Position numbers and translations under genes: made by a program. Of a stretch of DNA of 64,000 nt, positions 37,663-47,852 are shown piece by piece (the first letter of the stretch is position 1; the number at the start of each line of letters is the position of its first letter). Below the pieces are notes generated by a model. It made no database searches and was not told the origin of the DNA. It was given only the letters and a program-made list of their open reading frames with translations. Source of the stretch: Oscillatoriaceae cyanobacterium Prado104 (GTDB lineage Bacteria > Cyanobacteriota > Cyanobacteriia > Cyanobacteriales > Microcoleaceae). The stretch covers positions 25,334 through 89,333 of the forward strand of contig JALOON010000042.1 of the NCBI GenBank assembly GCA_025454405.1. Direction: 5' to 3'.

Positions 37663-38517
37663 ATGAGTGTCAAAAACCGCCAGCGAATTAACTTGTTATT
37701 GCTATTATCTCCCGCTACCGCGTGGCTGATAATTTTCTTCGTTTTGCCGCTGCTAATTATCCTCGCATACAGCTTCCTCGAACGCGGGACTTACGGCGGC
37801 GTGACGGCAGTATTTACCATCAGCAACTACCAGCGTTTGTTCAACGAAATTTTTTTAGGAGTAATAGGGCGATCGATCTGGTTGGCTTTCTTAACAACAG
37901 TCGCTTGCTTGTTAGTTGGCTATCCCCTAGCATTCTTCATCGCCACCCGTCCCCCGCGCTGGCGCAATGCTTTATTATTGCTAGTAATTATCCCATTTTG
38001 GACGAACTTTTTAGTCAGAACCTACGCTTGGATGATTTTGCTGCAAACTCAAGGAGTCGTCAACACAGCCCTGCAAATCCTGCAAGTAATTAGCGAACCT
38101 TTAAATTTGCTGTTTACACCTTTTGCAGTGGCGATCGGGCTGATTTACGGCTATTTACCGTTTATGGTTTTGCCATTATATTCTAGCATAGAACGCTTCA
38201 ATTTTTCCTTAGTTGAAGCCGCGCAAGATTTAGGGGCAAATGACATCAGAACTTTTTGGCGCGTATTTTTGCCGCTAACAACCAAGGGAATAGTTGCAGG
38301 TTCCATCCTCGTTTTTGTTCCGTCAGTAGGCGCTTTCATTACACCGGATATCTTGGGAGGCGCTAAAACAATTATGGTAGGCAATTTGATTCAAAATCAG
38401 TTTTTAAAAGCCCGAGACTGGCCCTTTGGTTCCGCCCTATCCGTATTGTTGACTTTAATCGTATTAATTCCCGTCTTAATTTACTTCCGCATCTCGGATG
38501 AAACAGTTGACAGTTAG
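37663..38517 (+). CDS. potB: Spermidine/putrescine ABC transporter permease (PotB-like)
   Basis: A 284-aa ORF with six TM segments and a permease EAA loop (EAAQDLGANDIRTFWRVFLPL). Confidence 0.8.
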   Translation: MSVKNRQRINLLLLLSPATAWLIIFFVLPLLIILAYSFLERGTYGGVTAVFTISNYQRLFNEIFLGVIGRSIWLAFLTTVACLLVGYPLAFFIATRPPRWRNALLLLVIIPFWTNFLVRTYAWMILLQTQGVVNTALQILQVISEPLNLLFTPFAVAIGLIYGYLPFMVLPLYSSIERFNFSLVEAAQDLGANDIRTFWRVFLPLTTKGIVAGSILVFVPSVGAFITPDILGGAKTIMVGNLIQNQFLKARDWPFGSALSVLLTLIVLIPVLIYFRISDETVDS

Positions 38518-38650
38518 TAAGGAGTTTTGAGTTTTGAATTTTGAGTTTTGAGTTAAAGACTGTTCTGAACTATAGTTGTTAAAGCCCTATGTTTTGATGG
38601 TAAGTAAGGTGCGCACTGCGCACCCCGCAGTTATTAGTAAAGCGAGTTAC

Positions 38651-38702
38651 TAATGACTAATGACTAATGACTAATGACTAATGACTGATAACTAATGACT
38701 AA
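38651..38702. repeat. TAATGAC heptamer tandem repeat
   Basis: The unit actaatg is repeated 7 times. Confidence 0.8.
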
Positions 38703-39555
38703 ACTAGATTTATTCGTTCGATCGCACGCCAACAAATTACTGTGGATTCAAGCCGTACTGGCATTTACCTTTCTCTACTTGCCAATTCTGATCCTGATTG
38801 TTTACTCCTTCAATATTTCCAGATTTAACGCAATTTGGCGCGGTTTTACCCTCGATTGGTATCGCAGTTTATTTGTCCCTTCAACGGCAACACTTGCTAC
38901 CAGCAGCAGCGCCGGCATCTTGCCCGCACTCAACAACAGTTTATTAATTGCAACTATTTCTACCATCCTAGCAACAATTTTCGGCACCGCGATCGCCCTT
39001 GCTTTAGAACGCTTTCATTTCCCAGGGCGCAAAGCAATAGAAACCTTGCTATTTTTGCCAGTAATCATGCCAGAAATTACGATCGGCATTTCGCTGCTAG
39101 TTTTTTTTACCCTGCTATTTCGGATAATTGAAAATCTCACCGGCATTCGCCTCAACCTCGGATTGACAACAGTAATTATCGGTCACGTTGCCTTCAGCAT
39201 CTCCTTTGTTACTATAACCGTCCGCGCCCGTTTGGCAGAACTCGATCGCACCTTAGAACAAGCAGCTTTTGACTTGGGCGCTAACGAATGGCGGACTTTT
39301 TGGCGAATTACTTTTCCCTTAATTTGGCCCGGAATTTTCAGCGCAGCCCTGCTAGCTTTTACACTGTCCCTCGATGATTTTGTCATCACATTTTTTACTA
39401 CCGGCGTCGGTACGATGACACTGCCGCTGTTCGTTTACGGTCAAATTAAATTTGCCGTGACACCAGCAATTAATGCGATCTCAACTTTGATGTTGCTAGC
39501 ATCTTTATTGCTAGTTGTATCGTCCCTAACAGTTCGGAAAACAGTTGACAGTTGA
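38695..39555 (+). CDS. potC: Spermidine/putrescine ABC transporter permease (PotC-like)
   Basis: A 286-aa ORF with an EAA loop (EQAAFDLGANEWRTFWRITFPL). Confidence 0.8.
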   Translation: MTKLDLFVRSHANKLLWIQAVLAFTFLYLPILILIVYSFNISRFNAIWRGFTLDWYRSLFVPSTATLATSSSAGILPALNNSLLIATISTILATIFGTAIALALERFHFPGRKAIETLLFLPVIMPEITIGISLLVFFTLLFRIIENLTGIRLNLGLTTVIIGHVAFSISFVTITVRARLAELDRTLEQAAFDLGANEWRTFWRITFPLIWPGIFSAALLAFTLSLDDFVITFFTTGVGTMTLPLFVYGQIKFAVTPAINAISTLMLLASLLLVVSSLTVRKTVDS

Positions 39556-39699
39556 CAGTTGACAATTGACAGCAAACCGTTGAGTTGTAGGGGTTCTTTC
39601 ACCAACAATCTGTAAATTTGACGATCGATCTCATAAACCCGCCCCAGACAGTTGACAATTATGTGCCATAATAAGTGTCGCAGACAAGCAAGAAAAATT

Positions 39700-40761
39700 A
39701 TGAAACGCCTGTTGACCTTCCTACTTTTGTTTGCGATTAGCGCCATACTGCCTCTCGGCTGTAGCAGCAACACCAGCAACCAACAACAAGTTCTCAGCAT
39801 TTACAATTATGCCACTTACATCGCCCCAGAAGCGATCGCCCAATTCGAGAAAGAAAACAACGTTAAAATTCAATACGACAACTTCGAGAACAGCGAGGCA
39901 CTTTATGCCAAACTCAAACAGGGAAATCCGGGTTACGATTTAATCTTTCCCGCCGACTACATGGTAAAAATCATGGCGACAGAAAATATAATTGAACCCT
40001 TGAATCTCAACAACATTCCTAACCAAAAAAACCTCGAACCTAAATTCCTCAATCAATCTTTTGACCCCGGCAATAAATATTCCCTGCCCTACCAATGGGG
40101 AACGATGGGAATTGGCTACAACTTGAAAGCAACCAAAGACGAAATCAACAGTTTGACGGCGATGTTCGATCCGAAATATACAGGAAAAATCGCGTGGCAA
40201 GACGACAGCAGATACACCTTTGCCGCCGCTTTAATGTATTTAGGATTCGACCCCAATACAACCAACCCCGAAGAAATTAACAAAGCCCGAGATTTGCTAG
40301 TTAAAAACAAAAGCATCATCGCAGCTTTTGTTCCCGATACCGGTCAAGACTTGCTCGATCGAGGAGAAGTCAATTTGACATTAGAATGGAGTGGCGATAT
40401 CTTTCAAGTAATGAAAGAAAATCCTAATATCCGCTATGCTATTCCCAAAGAAGGAACCATCATCTTTACCGACAACATGGCGATTCCCAAAGGTGCGCCG
40501 AATAAAGAATTAGCTGAGAAATTTATTAACTTCATTTTGCAGCCAGAAATAGGCGCAAAAATATCCAACTTTATCCACTTCGGATCGCCCAACAAAGCAG
40601 CAATTGACCGAGGCTTAATCGACCCCAAAGACTTTAAAAACCCTCAAATTTACCCGCCTGCTGAAGTATTCGCTAAAATGAAATTCTTGCAAGATGTCGG
40701 GCAAGCTACTACACTGTACGATCGAGCCTGGACAGAAGTCAAAGCAGCAGCCGGAAAATAG
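39700..40761 (+). CDS. potD: Spermidine/putrescine-binding periplasmic lipoprotein (PotD-like)
   Basis: The start is taken at MKRLLTFLLLFAISAILPLGCSS, which has an LPLGC lipobox. The PotD-like core is YDLIFPADYM ... WQWGTMGIGYN. Confidence 0.8.
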   Translation: MKRLLTFLLLFAISAILPLGCSSNTSNQQQVLSIYNYATYIAPEAIAQFEKENNVKIQYDNFENSEALYAKLKQGNPGYDLIFPADYMVKIMATENIIEPLNLNNIPNQKNLEPKFLNQSFDPGNKYSLPYQWGTMGIGYNLKATKDEINSLTAMFDPKYTGKIAWQDDSRYTFAAALMYLGFDPNTTNPEEINKARDLLVKNKSIIAAFVPDTGQDLLDRGEVNLTLEWSGDIFQVMKENPNIRYAIPKEGTIIFTDNMAIPKGAPNKELAEKFINFILQPEIGAKISNFIHFGSPNKAAIDRGLIDPKDFKNPQIYPPAEVFAKMKFLQDVGQATTLYDRAWTEVKAAAGK

Positions 40762-40770
40762 TTGACAATT

Positions 40771-40968
40771 GGTAAGGAGTTTTGAGTTTTGAATTTTGAG
40801 TTTTGAGTTAAAGACAGTTCTGAAGTTCACAACTCAAAACTTAAAACTCAGAATTTCCCTTCTTCCTTCTTCCTTCTTCCCTGTTCCCTGTTCTCTGTTC
40901 CCTGTTCTCTGTTCCCTGTTCCCTATTCCTTCTTCCTTCTTCCTTCTTCCTTCTTCCTTCTTCCTTCA
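40771..40968. repeat. Composite repeat: heptamer STRR block, TTCCTTC heptamers and TTCCCTG/TTCTCTG heptamers
   Basis: Direct reading of the sequence. ORF 40796..41038 is an artefact. Confidence 0.85.
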
Positions 40969-40971
40969 AAA

Positions 40972-42072
40972 ATGCACTCGATCGAACTCACCAACTTTTC
41001 CAAAATATATCAAACTAACCGCGGCCAAGATTTCCTAGCTGTAGATAACCTCAACCTGCAAATTTACGATCGAGAATTCTTTTCTTTACTCGGCCCTTCC
41101 GGCTGCGGCAAAACCACAACCTTGCGAACGATTGCAGGTTTTGAAAACCCCACAGCCGGCGAAATTTACATTCACGGGCAACCCATGCACAACCGCCCGC
41201 CATTTCACCGCCCGGTAAATACAGTATTTCAAAACTATGCTTTATTTCCCCACATGACCGTAGCACAAAACGTCGCATTTGGGTTAGAAATGGAGAATTT
41301 ACCTGCTCAAAAAATTCGCGATCGCGCTGCAGAAGTTTTAGCATTAGTACAGTTAACAGATTTAGCAAAACGCTATCCCCGCCAACTCTCGGGAGGGCAG
41401 CAACAGCGGGTAGCGCTGGCGAGGGCTTTAGTCAAACAACCGTCGGTTTTGCTGTTAGATGAACCTTTAGGCGCGCTAGATTTTAAATTGCGCAAAGAGA
41501 TGCAATTAGAATTAAAAAAAATGCAGCGCAAGCTGGGAATTACCTTTATTTACGTCACGCACGATCGCGAAGAAGCCCTCACGATGTCCGACAGAATTGC
41601 AGTGATGGATCGGGGACAATTGCAGCAAGTTGGCAGCCCGATCGAGATGTACGAACATCCTAAAAATCGGTTTGTAGCAGAATTTATTGGCGACAGCAAT
41701 TTTTTGACCGGGCGAGTTGCCGAAAAGCAAAATAGTAATATAATAGTAGTAGTTGACGAACAATTGCCCGTGTTAGTTGCAACAGCAGAAGATGTACCGA
41801 TCGGTCAAATTGTTACTCTCGTCTTGCGACCGGAAAAAGCCGCAATTTATCCGGGCGATTCAGCAGTTGAAAATAGCTGGCCCGCAACGATCGAAGAAGC
41901 AGTTTATACCGGCACCGATACCCGCTATACAGTGCGGTTGACTGCCAAAAGCTCGATCGCAATTCGCAGGCAAAACTTGCACCGAGATAACTTGCAGCAA
42001 CACCAAACAGGCGATAACGTGCGCGTCGCCGTTCCGCCGGAAAGCCTGTCGATTTTAGATTTTAGATTTTAG
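40972..42072 (+). CDS. potA: Spermidine/putrescine import ATP-binding protein (PotA-like ABC ATPase)
   Basis: Walker A GPSGCGKTT, the ABC signature LSGGQQQRVALARAL, Walker B LLLDEPLGALD, and a C-terminal TOBE-like domain. Confidence 0.85.
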   Translation: MHSIELTNFSKIYQTNRGQDFLAVDNLNLQIYDREFFSLLGPSGCGKTTTLRTIAGFENPTAGEIYIHGQPMHNRPPFHRPVNTVFQNYALFPHMTVAQNVAFGLEMENLPAQKIRDRAAEVLALVQLTDLAKRYPRQLSGGQQQRVALARALVKQPSVLLLDEPLGALDFKLRKEMQLELKKMQRKLGITFIYVTHDREEALTMSDRIAVMDRGQLQQVGSPIEMYEHPKNRFVAEFIGDSNFLTGRVAEKQNSNIIVVVDEQLPVLVATAEDVPIGQIVTLVLRPEKAAIYPGDSAVENSWPATIEEAVYTGTDTRYTVRLTAKSSIAIRRQNLHRDNLQQHQTGDNVRVAVPPESLSILDFRF

Positions 42073-42380
42073 ATTATAGATTTTAAATAAAATCACGATC
42101 GAGGTCGATCGAACGAATATAATATAGCGATCGTAAATCATTTGTGAATTTCTTACTCCCTCCCCTTAATAAGGGGAGGGTTGGGGTGGGGTCAAAAATT
42201 TTACGACTCCTGCAAGGATTGCTATCTTACTCATTTAAACATTCTCATTTAAACATTTAATCTACACAAACGAGCATTTTAAATATCGCGGAATCCTTCA
42301 AACTGCAAGATTCTCGCCAATTCTTGACATTATTCCCCGAATGGGCAACTATGAGGTATAGTCTAGATCGTTAACCGAAT

Positions 42381-42641
42381 ATGGAAGCATCAGAAAAAAC
42401 TATCAGCATCGGAGATGCAGCCAAACAGCTAGGAATTTCAACTACAACATTGAGGAAGTGGGCAGACACAGGAAAAATTCGTTTTAAGTATTCGCTTTCC
42501 GGTCAAAGAAGGTTCTTCTTGGAAGACATCCAATCTATGACACCAAGAGAATTAAATCAGTTAAGCAACTCCATAACCGTCAATTACGATCGCTTCTCGC
42601 GTTACGGCTTGATGCACGACGATCGATCGGGTCAAGAGTAA
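42381..42641 (+). CDS. MerR-superfamily / excisionase-type helix-turn-helix DNA-binding protein
   Basis: ISIGDAAKQLGISTTTLRKWADTGKI is a classic MerR/Xis HTH near the N-terminus. Length 86 aa. Confidence 0.55.
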   Translation: MEASEKTISIGDAAKQLGISTTTLRKWADTGKIRFKYSLSGQRRFFLEDIQSMTPRELNQLSNSITVNYDRFSRYGLMHDDRSGQE

Positions 42642-42756
42642 TTTGGAACAATACCAAACGCCATTAACAAACAGCCTTTTCAAAGCCTTCAAAACTTAAG
42701 ACTTGCTTTGAACTAAAACCAGCAGATCGCGACAAAACCGCGACAAAACAGTAATC

Positions 42757-42792
42757 CCGCTACCAAAGTAGCGGGATTTATAGGTTGCAGTT
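42757..42792. terminator. Putative bidirectional rho-independent terminator between convergent genes
   Basis: A perfect 11-bp stem aatcccgctac-caaa-gtagcgggatt, followed by TTTATAGG on the plus strand and by T-rich sequence on the minus strand. Confidence 0.45.
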
Positions 42793-42936
42793 TTGTTATG
42801 CTCTAATTTTGCTAGAAGGGCAATTCTAGCAATCGCCCAGACGCTTAGGAAATTCAAGGGAGGTTGAAAACATTGCTGTTACTGCATTTACCTGCTTCCT
42901 TCTTCCTTCTTCCTTCTGCTATAACTCGCTGCTAGA

Positions 42937-43965
42937 TTAGCTCATGCCAGACATTTCTTGCTGGATTTGGCTCTTCGCTGACTTGAATTGAGTAGCCATT
43001 TGTTCCATTTGCGCTTCGCTGAGATTGCGGCGAATTTGAGGGAACATATCGTTTTCTTCTTGACGAACGTGGTCTTGAACTGCTTGTTTGAGCTGTTGAA
43101 TTTGACCTTTGAAATTAGAAGAAGTGGGGTTCAGAGACTTAATTTGGGCGAGCATTTGCTTCATTTGCGCTTGCTCGTCGTACAGTTCTTGCGTATCGCC
43201 GTAGTAGCTGCGCACTGCAGGATAAACAATTTGTTCTTCCGCTTCGGAGTGAACGCTTAGGTCTTTGTAAAGCTGACCGAAGAATTCTTGCAGTTTTTGC
43301 GGATCGTCGGTTTTTTCGATTTCCATAAATAGGGTATCGACTTTGCGGTGATCCATTGAGATGATTTCGGTAATATTCATCTCATCTTTGCTGCGGGTAA
43401 CAGCACCGCCGATGATGCCGGTCATGGCAGCCATCGCATCTTGCACGCGAGCCCAAACGCCTTGGTCGGGGTCTTTTCCTGTGAGTTCGCGCACGCCCAA
43501 AATTTCCAGAACTCCCTTGAGTTGTTCTTGGTGAGCGCGGTTTTCAAAGTTAACTGTGTTGAGGGGAGTAATCGCAGCTTCGATGTCAGCGCCGACGACT
43601 TGAGCAGCTTTGTGAATTAACAAACCGGTCATTGTTTGTTTGTGTTTGAGCAGTTCGTGCTGGCCGACTTTTTCAAACAAAGTAAGTTCAGAACCTTGCA
43701 TCAGTTTCTGAGCTTCTTCAATCATTTTTGTGACTGTTTCTTTGGGTTCGACTTGAATGCCGTATTGGACGATCGTAGTTTCCAATACTCCCATGTTTTT
43801 CCGATCGTCCTCAAGCATATCGCGGAAGCGCTGGGACAGTTCGGAATCGTTGCAGGAGTTGATGAACATTTCCTCGTTGGCGATCAGCAGCTTTTGCAAA
43901 GCTTTCATGTCTGCCAATTTCATCGCGATCGCTTGGCGCTTGGTATCTTCTAGAGTAGCTACCAT
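42937..43965 (-). CDS. Hemerythrin HHE cation-binding domain protein with N-terminal helical domain
   Basis: The C-terminal half carries hemerythrin-like His/Glu ligands (ISMDHRKVDTLF ... HSEAEEQIVYPAV ... VQDHVRQEENDMFPQI). Confidence 0.7.
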   Translation of the reverse strand: MVATLEDTKRQAIAMKLADMKALQKLLIANEEMFINSCNDSELSQRFRDMLEDDRKNMGVLETTIVQYGIQVEPKETVTKMIEEAQKLMQGSELTLFEKVGQHELLKHKQTMTGLLIHKAAQVVGADIEAAITPLNTVNFENRAHQEQLKGVLEILGVRELTGKDPDQGVWARVQDAMAAMTGIIGGAVTRSKDEMNITEIISMDHRKVDTLFMEIEKTDDPQKLQEFFGQLYKDLSVHSEAEEQIVYPAVRSYYGDTQELYDEQAQMKQMLAQIKSLNPTSSNFKGQIQQLKQAVQDHVRQEENDMFPQIRRNLSEAQMEQMATQFKSAKSQIQQEMSGMS

Positions 43966-43989
43966 CTGTCGTTTCTCCTCTCAATGTGT

Positions 43990-44395
43990 TTTGTGTTCTG
44001 ACATCTTTTAATGTATTGAAATACTCAGATAACATCCTCTTTCTCCCGACCGATCCGTCAATCTCTCGTAAAAGCTATTGACGTTTCAAACTAAAAATGG
44101 TAATAAACAGTTGATAGCAGACAGTTGACAATCTTCAATCCCTCCGCTACGGTTCCTCTGGGCTGCGCTTCCCCTCCACAACGCGAGTGCCCAATGGAAA
44201 CTCGAAAATCGAAAATCGTTTGACAGTTGACAGCAAACTGTTGAGACAGGAAGCGCGATCGCGATCGCATGAAACTGCTGAGTATCGGTAGCGCAGACCA
44301 AAAACAATGCAACGGCAAGCAAGTTTCAAACCCTGACCACATCAAACATTAAAAATAGAAGAAAATCGAAAATCAAAAATCGAAAATGAGATTCG
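43990..44395. repeat. Copy A of a duplicated ~350-400 bp non-coding element (copy B at 48930-49295)
   Basis: Runs of 10-40 identical nucleotides are shared with copy B (taatgtattgaaatactca.ataacat...tctttctcccgacc...tccgtcaat.tctcg.aaaa.ctattgac.ttt.aaactaaaaatggta...gttgacagcaaactgttgagacaggaagcgcgatcgcgatcg..tgaaactgct.ag.a.cg.tagc.cagaccaaaaacaat.caacggca.gcaag.tt.caa.cctgacc.catcaaa). Confidence 0.75.
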
Positions 44396-44396
44396 C

Positions 44397-45668
44397 TTAC
44401 CCTTCTTTGTCTGGATGGAGCGGCATTTTAGCGTTGCGCAAGCGCACCAGTTCGTCTCGCCAGGAGGCGACAATCGGATCTTTGTCCGCAGCCTGACCCA
44501 TCTGCTTCACCCGCCATTTGCGAATTGCCAGTTTATTTTGCGCCCGGACGATCGCCCCTGAGGTGCGCCGGTCGGTATCCTGAATGTGACGGGTTCTGAA
44601 AATTCGATCGCCCTTCACCGCTTGATACTCCTCTGGAGTAATCGCAGGTTCGACCTCATCCGCCAATGCTTCGACAATTACTTGGCGTTCCCAAAGGCCG
44701 CTCTGCCAAAGCATCGCCCCCGCAATCAGAAAAAAAGGCAAAAAGCCCACCAATCGCAAACCGCTATGCTGCAGCCATTGCGTCAGAAAAGGTTGCACCG
44801 CAACCTCCGGTACTGCTTTCGCCACAGATTCCTCGGGCAACGGTTTGCCGCTTAAAAAGAAAAACAAAAACAGCAACATCCCCACGGCATTGTTGAGAAA
44901 GTGAGCCGAAAACCCCAGCAACCAAGCTCCCACCGGAGCAGCATAGCGCAACCAGTGGCGGGTGGTTTGGCGGGCGAGTCCCAAACCCATGCCAAACAGC
45001 CCCGAAAACAGCGCATGACCCCCAAACCCAAACAAGGAAAAGCGATCGGCCATCTGAAAATAAAGCGGCACATCCCCTTTTTCGAGAAATCCGTGGGTTA
45101 CGTACAAAGGGGCTTCCAGCAGGTTAAAGCCAATCCCAACCAGCGCACCGTAGATAAAACCATCTCGAACGCCATCAAACTCTGCTTTCAGCAACCAAAA
45201 CAAGAGCAAAATTCCTGCCCCTTTGGTGATTTCTTCCACGGGAGGTCCCGATAAGGGCGCTCCCAGGATCGACTGAGCCTGGGGACCGAAAAGCGCCTGC
45301 ACCTCAGGATGCAGTTTCACAAAATTGCCGATATTTGCGAAGATCGCGCCATTGATGGGCAGAGCCAATCCGGTGGCAATCAGCGCTCCCCACAATAGCG
45401 CGATCGCGTACAGCCACCGGGATTCAGGTTCCCGACGATCGAGAAACCGCAAAATAGCGAGGGGAAGGATTGCCATTAACAGGCTTCCTGCCAAACCAAT
45501 TAAAAATACTTGGAAAGCCGCGGGAGACAGTTGTGAAAAAAAGCCGCGCATCAGTGCGGACGTGCTAATGACTACCAGCACCGCCAGCGCGATCGCGACG
45601 AGTTTAGCAATTTTGGGGCTACTCAGCGGAGAACCGTACAGAACGCGACCTCGAGCATTGAGTGACAT
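44397..45668 (-). CDS. PrsW-family intramembrane metalloprotease
   Basis: Multi-TM protein with the PrsW motifs EEITKGAGILLLFW (EExxK) and FIYGALVGIGFNLLE (FxxxGF..E), plus a later His-containing helix. Confidence 0.7.
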   Translation of the reverse strand: MSLNARGRVLYGSPLSSPKIAKLVAIALAVLVVISTSALMRGFFSQLSPAAFQVFLIGLAGSLLMAILPLAILRFLDRREPESRWLYAIALLWGALIATGLALPINGAIFANIGNFVKLHPEVQALFGPQAQSILGAPLSGPPVEEITKGAGILLLFWLLKAEFDGVRDGFIYGALVGIGFNLLEAPLYVTHGFLEKGDVPLYFQMADRFSLFGFGGHALFSGLFGMGLGLARQTTRHWLRYAAPVGAWLLGFSAHFLNNAVGMLLFLFFFLSGKPLPEESVAKAVPEVAVQPFLTQWLQHSGLRLVGFLPFFLIAGAMLWQSGLWERQVIVEALADEVEPAITPEEYQAVKGDRIFRTRHIQDTDRRTSGAIVRAQNKLAIRKWRVKQMGQAADKDPIVASWRDELVRLRNAKMPLHPDKEG

Positions 45669-45810
45669 GAAAACCTCAGATAAATTATTTAGATTTGGGA
45701 TTTGCGATATGAGATTGAGAAAACTGCCCGGTTAAAGCGTAAAACATTAAAGTCCCGCAAAAGAGAAGCTGTTTCTTGAAAATGCCTTAGCGTGCGATCG
45801 TGGCAAAAAC

Positions 45811-47337
45811 TTAATCCGTCACAAAAATCGGTTTGACTTTGCTGAGGCAACTACTGTCCGGCTTTTGCTTGGGGTTCGTCAGAAAATCTCGGGCGATTTG
45901 AGTCGCACAGTCGGCTGCAGGCATATCTGGCGGAGAAAATAAAGCACCATGACCCACCCCAGGGAAGGTGTAGACATAGGCATTTTTCAAGTTACTGGCA
46001 ACCGCTTCCCCATAGGGCTGCGGCGTAACCGGATCGTAGGTGCCGTTGAACACCAGTGTGGGAATTTCAGTATTCTTGTAGGCAAAGGGTTTCTGTTGCT
46101 CAACCTGAAGAATCTTGCAGATTTGTTCGTTCCCTTCCTCCGCGAGGACGATTAGTTGCGGGTAGGGAGGCGGAAACAAAGAGGACGGCTTAACCCGGAT
46201 CGAACTCGTGCGGGCGCAAAGAACTGTATGGTACATCTCCTTTGCGTCCTTGTCTTCTAAGCCACCAGAAAGATTCTCCTCGACCCAACGAATATTCCCT
46301 TTGGTTGCTGCATCGATCCGGCTGGGCAAAAAGCGGCTGAGTGCCGATTTGTACAGGTAAGGTAAAATGCTCACCAAAAATTTGTCGCCATCCAGCTTGG
46401 ACGCAATGGTTTTCTGGCTGGATGGAATCGTCAGAGTGATGGGAATCGGTTGCTGGTTGAGTCGATCGACCAACGAAAGAAATTTCTTTTCCAGATCGGG
46501 ATAGGCTCGATTGCACTTTAGGTCTTTGGCACAGTCGGCGAACAGGTTGCGCAGGGCGTAACTCATCGTGTGTCCGATAGCCAGGTTAAAGTCAATATCA
46601 GGTCTGACCACACCATCAATGAGTACGCTCCGCAGTTTGGGTTTGTGTTCGTCTGCTTGCGCAAGCACGTATTGCCCCAGCAGCGTCCCGTAGGACACTC
46701 CGTAGTAATTAAACTCGTCGTAGCCCAGTACTTGGGCCACAAAATAGATATCAGCCGCGTTTTCTCTGGTGTTAAAGGCACTCGTATTAATTCCCTGTGC
46801 GATCGAGCGTTTGTTACAAGCCTCGATCCAACCGAGATCCTTCGGATCGCGTTCCCCTTTGGCAACGGCAATATTGTGAGCGTTTAACTCCGGGCAAGAC
46901 AGGAAGGGTTTAGAATGCTCAGTGCCTCGCTCTTCAACAAATATCAGATCGCGACTCTGCAACAGGGCTGGCAGTTCAGTATAACTGGGCAATGCTTGAT
47001 TGACGAAGACACCGATCGTCGTTGAACCGGGACCGCCCTGTTCCACAAAGAGCGGGTCTGGGGCAGGGTTATTGCCAATGCTGCGAGTTCTGACAACTGC
47101 TAGTTCGATCGTCCTACCGTCTTGTTTGCTGTGTCGTTCGGGTACTGTGACATAGCCACAGTCCGACAACGCAGCAGCTAAGGCAGGAACGCCAAAGGTC
47201 TTGCAGTCAACTGACTTCCACGCCGCACCAAATTGGGCGCGGTTCGCTGTCGTGGTATTGGCAACGCCACTGCTGGCGGCGACAAAGGCTGCGGTGAGAA
47301 CGGTTAGTTTACAAAAGCGCGTAACGGAAGTTTGCAT
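45811..47337 (-). CDS. Secreted alpha/beta-hydrolase (TAP / S33-like peptidase family)
   Basis: Signal peptide, nucleophile elbow GVSYGT, and a C-terminal TAP-like region with a conserved His (GVGHGA). Confidence 0.7.
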   Translation of the reverse strand: MQTSVTRFCKLTVLTAAFVAASSGVANTTTANRAQFGAAWKSVDCKTFGVPALAAALSDCGYVTVPERHSKQDGRTIELAVVRTRSIGNNPAPDPLFVEQGGPGSTTIGVFVNQALPSYTELPALLQSRDLIFVEERGTEHSKPFLSCPELNAHNIAVAKGERDPKDLGWIEACNKRSIAQGINTSAFNTRENAADIYFVAQVLGYDEFNYYGVSYGTLLGQYVLAQADEHKPKLRSVLIDGVVRPDIDFNLAIGHTMSYALRNLFADCAKDLKCNRAYPDLEKKFLSLVDRLNQQPIPITLTIPSSQKTIASKLDGDKFLVSILPYLYKSALSRFLPSRIDAATKGNIRWVEENLSGGLEDKDAKEMYHTVLCARTSSIRVKPSSLFPPPYPQLIVLAEEGNEQICKILQVEQQKPFAYKNTEIPTLVFNGTYDPVTPQPYGEAVASNLKNAYVYTFPGVGHGALFSPPDMPAADCATQIARDFLTNPKQKPDSSCLSKVKPIFVTD

Positions 47338-47396
47338 GGTTAATTTTCCTTATCGATCGATCTAGAGCAGTTCCTATAGGACAGAGGGCAAAGGAT

Positions 47397-47852
47397 CTAG
47401 TAGATATAGATCGCACCGCCTGAATTCACTTCAAGGGAGCGCGTGAGGCCGTAGGTTCCTGGTTTGGAGGTGACGGTTACAATGAGTTCGTTATTTACGA
47501 CCGCAATGTCGGCGCGTAAATTTGTATCTTTGACATTGGTATAAATAGTCAAATCAATGGGGGGTGGCAAATAGCTGGTATGGAGCGCGCCAAAGGTCAC
47601 CGACTGCTGGGGCTTTACGCTGCGTTCGCGTGAGGTTGGTTCTACCAACACGACCTGGATATCTACGCTCGACTGATTCGCAACACGAATCTGGATCGGT
47701 TTGCTGGGATTAATTTGGGCAACGGGCGATCGGCGGTCGTTTTGCTGCGGAAGACCCGGAACAGGGGCGCTCTGTTGGGCTGCAGTTGGTGTAATTGGGG
47801 CGATCGCGCCTATTATTAGCAAACTCGCCCCAATCAAACTATTTAATTTCAT
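47397..47852 (-). CDS. Hypothetical secreted protein
   Basis: The start is taken at MKLNSLIGASLLIIGAIAPITPTAAQ (signal peptide), with GAGGAG 8 nt upstream. The table ORF extends further to 47960. Confidence 0.5.
   Translation of the reverse strand: MKLNSLIGASLLIIGAIAPITPTAAQQSAPVPGLPQQNDRRSPVAQINPSKPIQIRVANQSSVDIQVVLVEPTSRERSVKPQQSVTFGALHTSYLPPPIDLTIYTNVKDTNLRADIAVVNNELIVTVTSKPGTYGLTRSLEVNSGGAIYIY

Noticed and set aside
34108-42072. A complete Zorya system (ZorA-D or ZorA-B-E)
   Set aside because: Downstream of the MotA/MotB-like pair there is only a repeat spacer and a polyamine ABC transporter. No helicase, Mrr-like or HNH nuclease gene is present, so only the AB module can be claimed.
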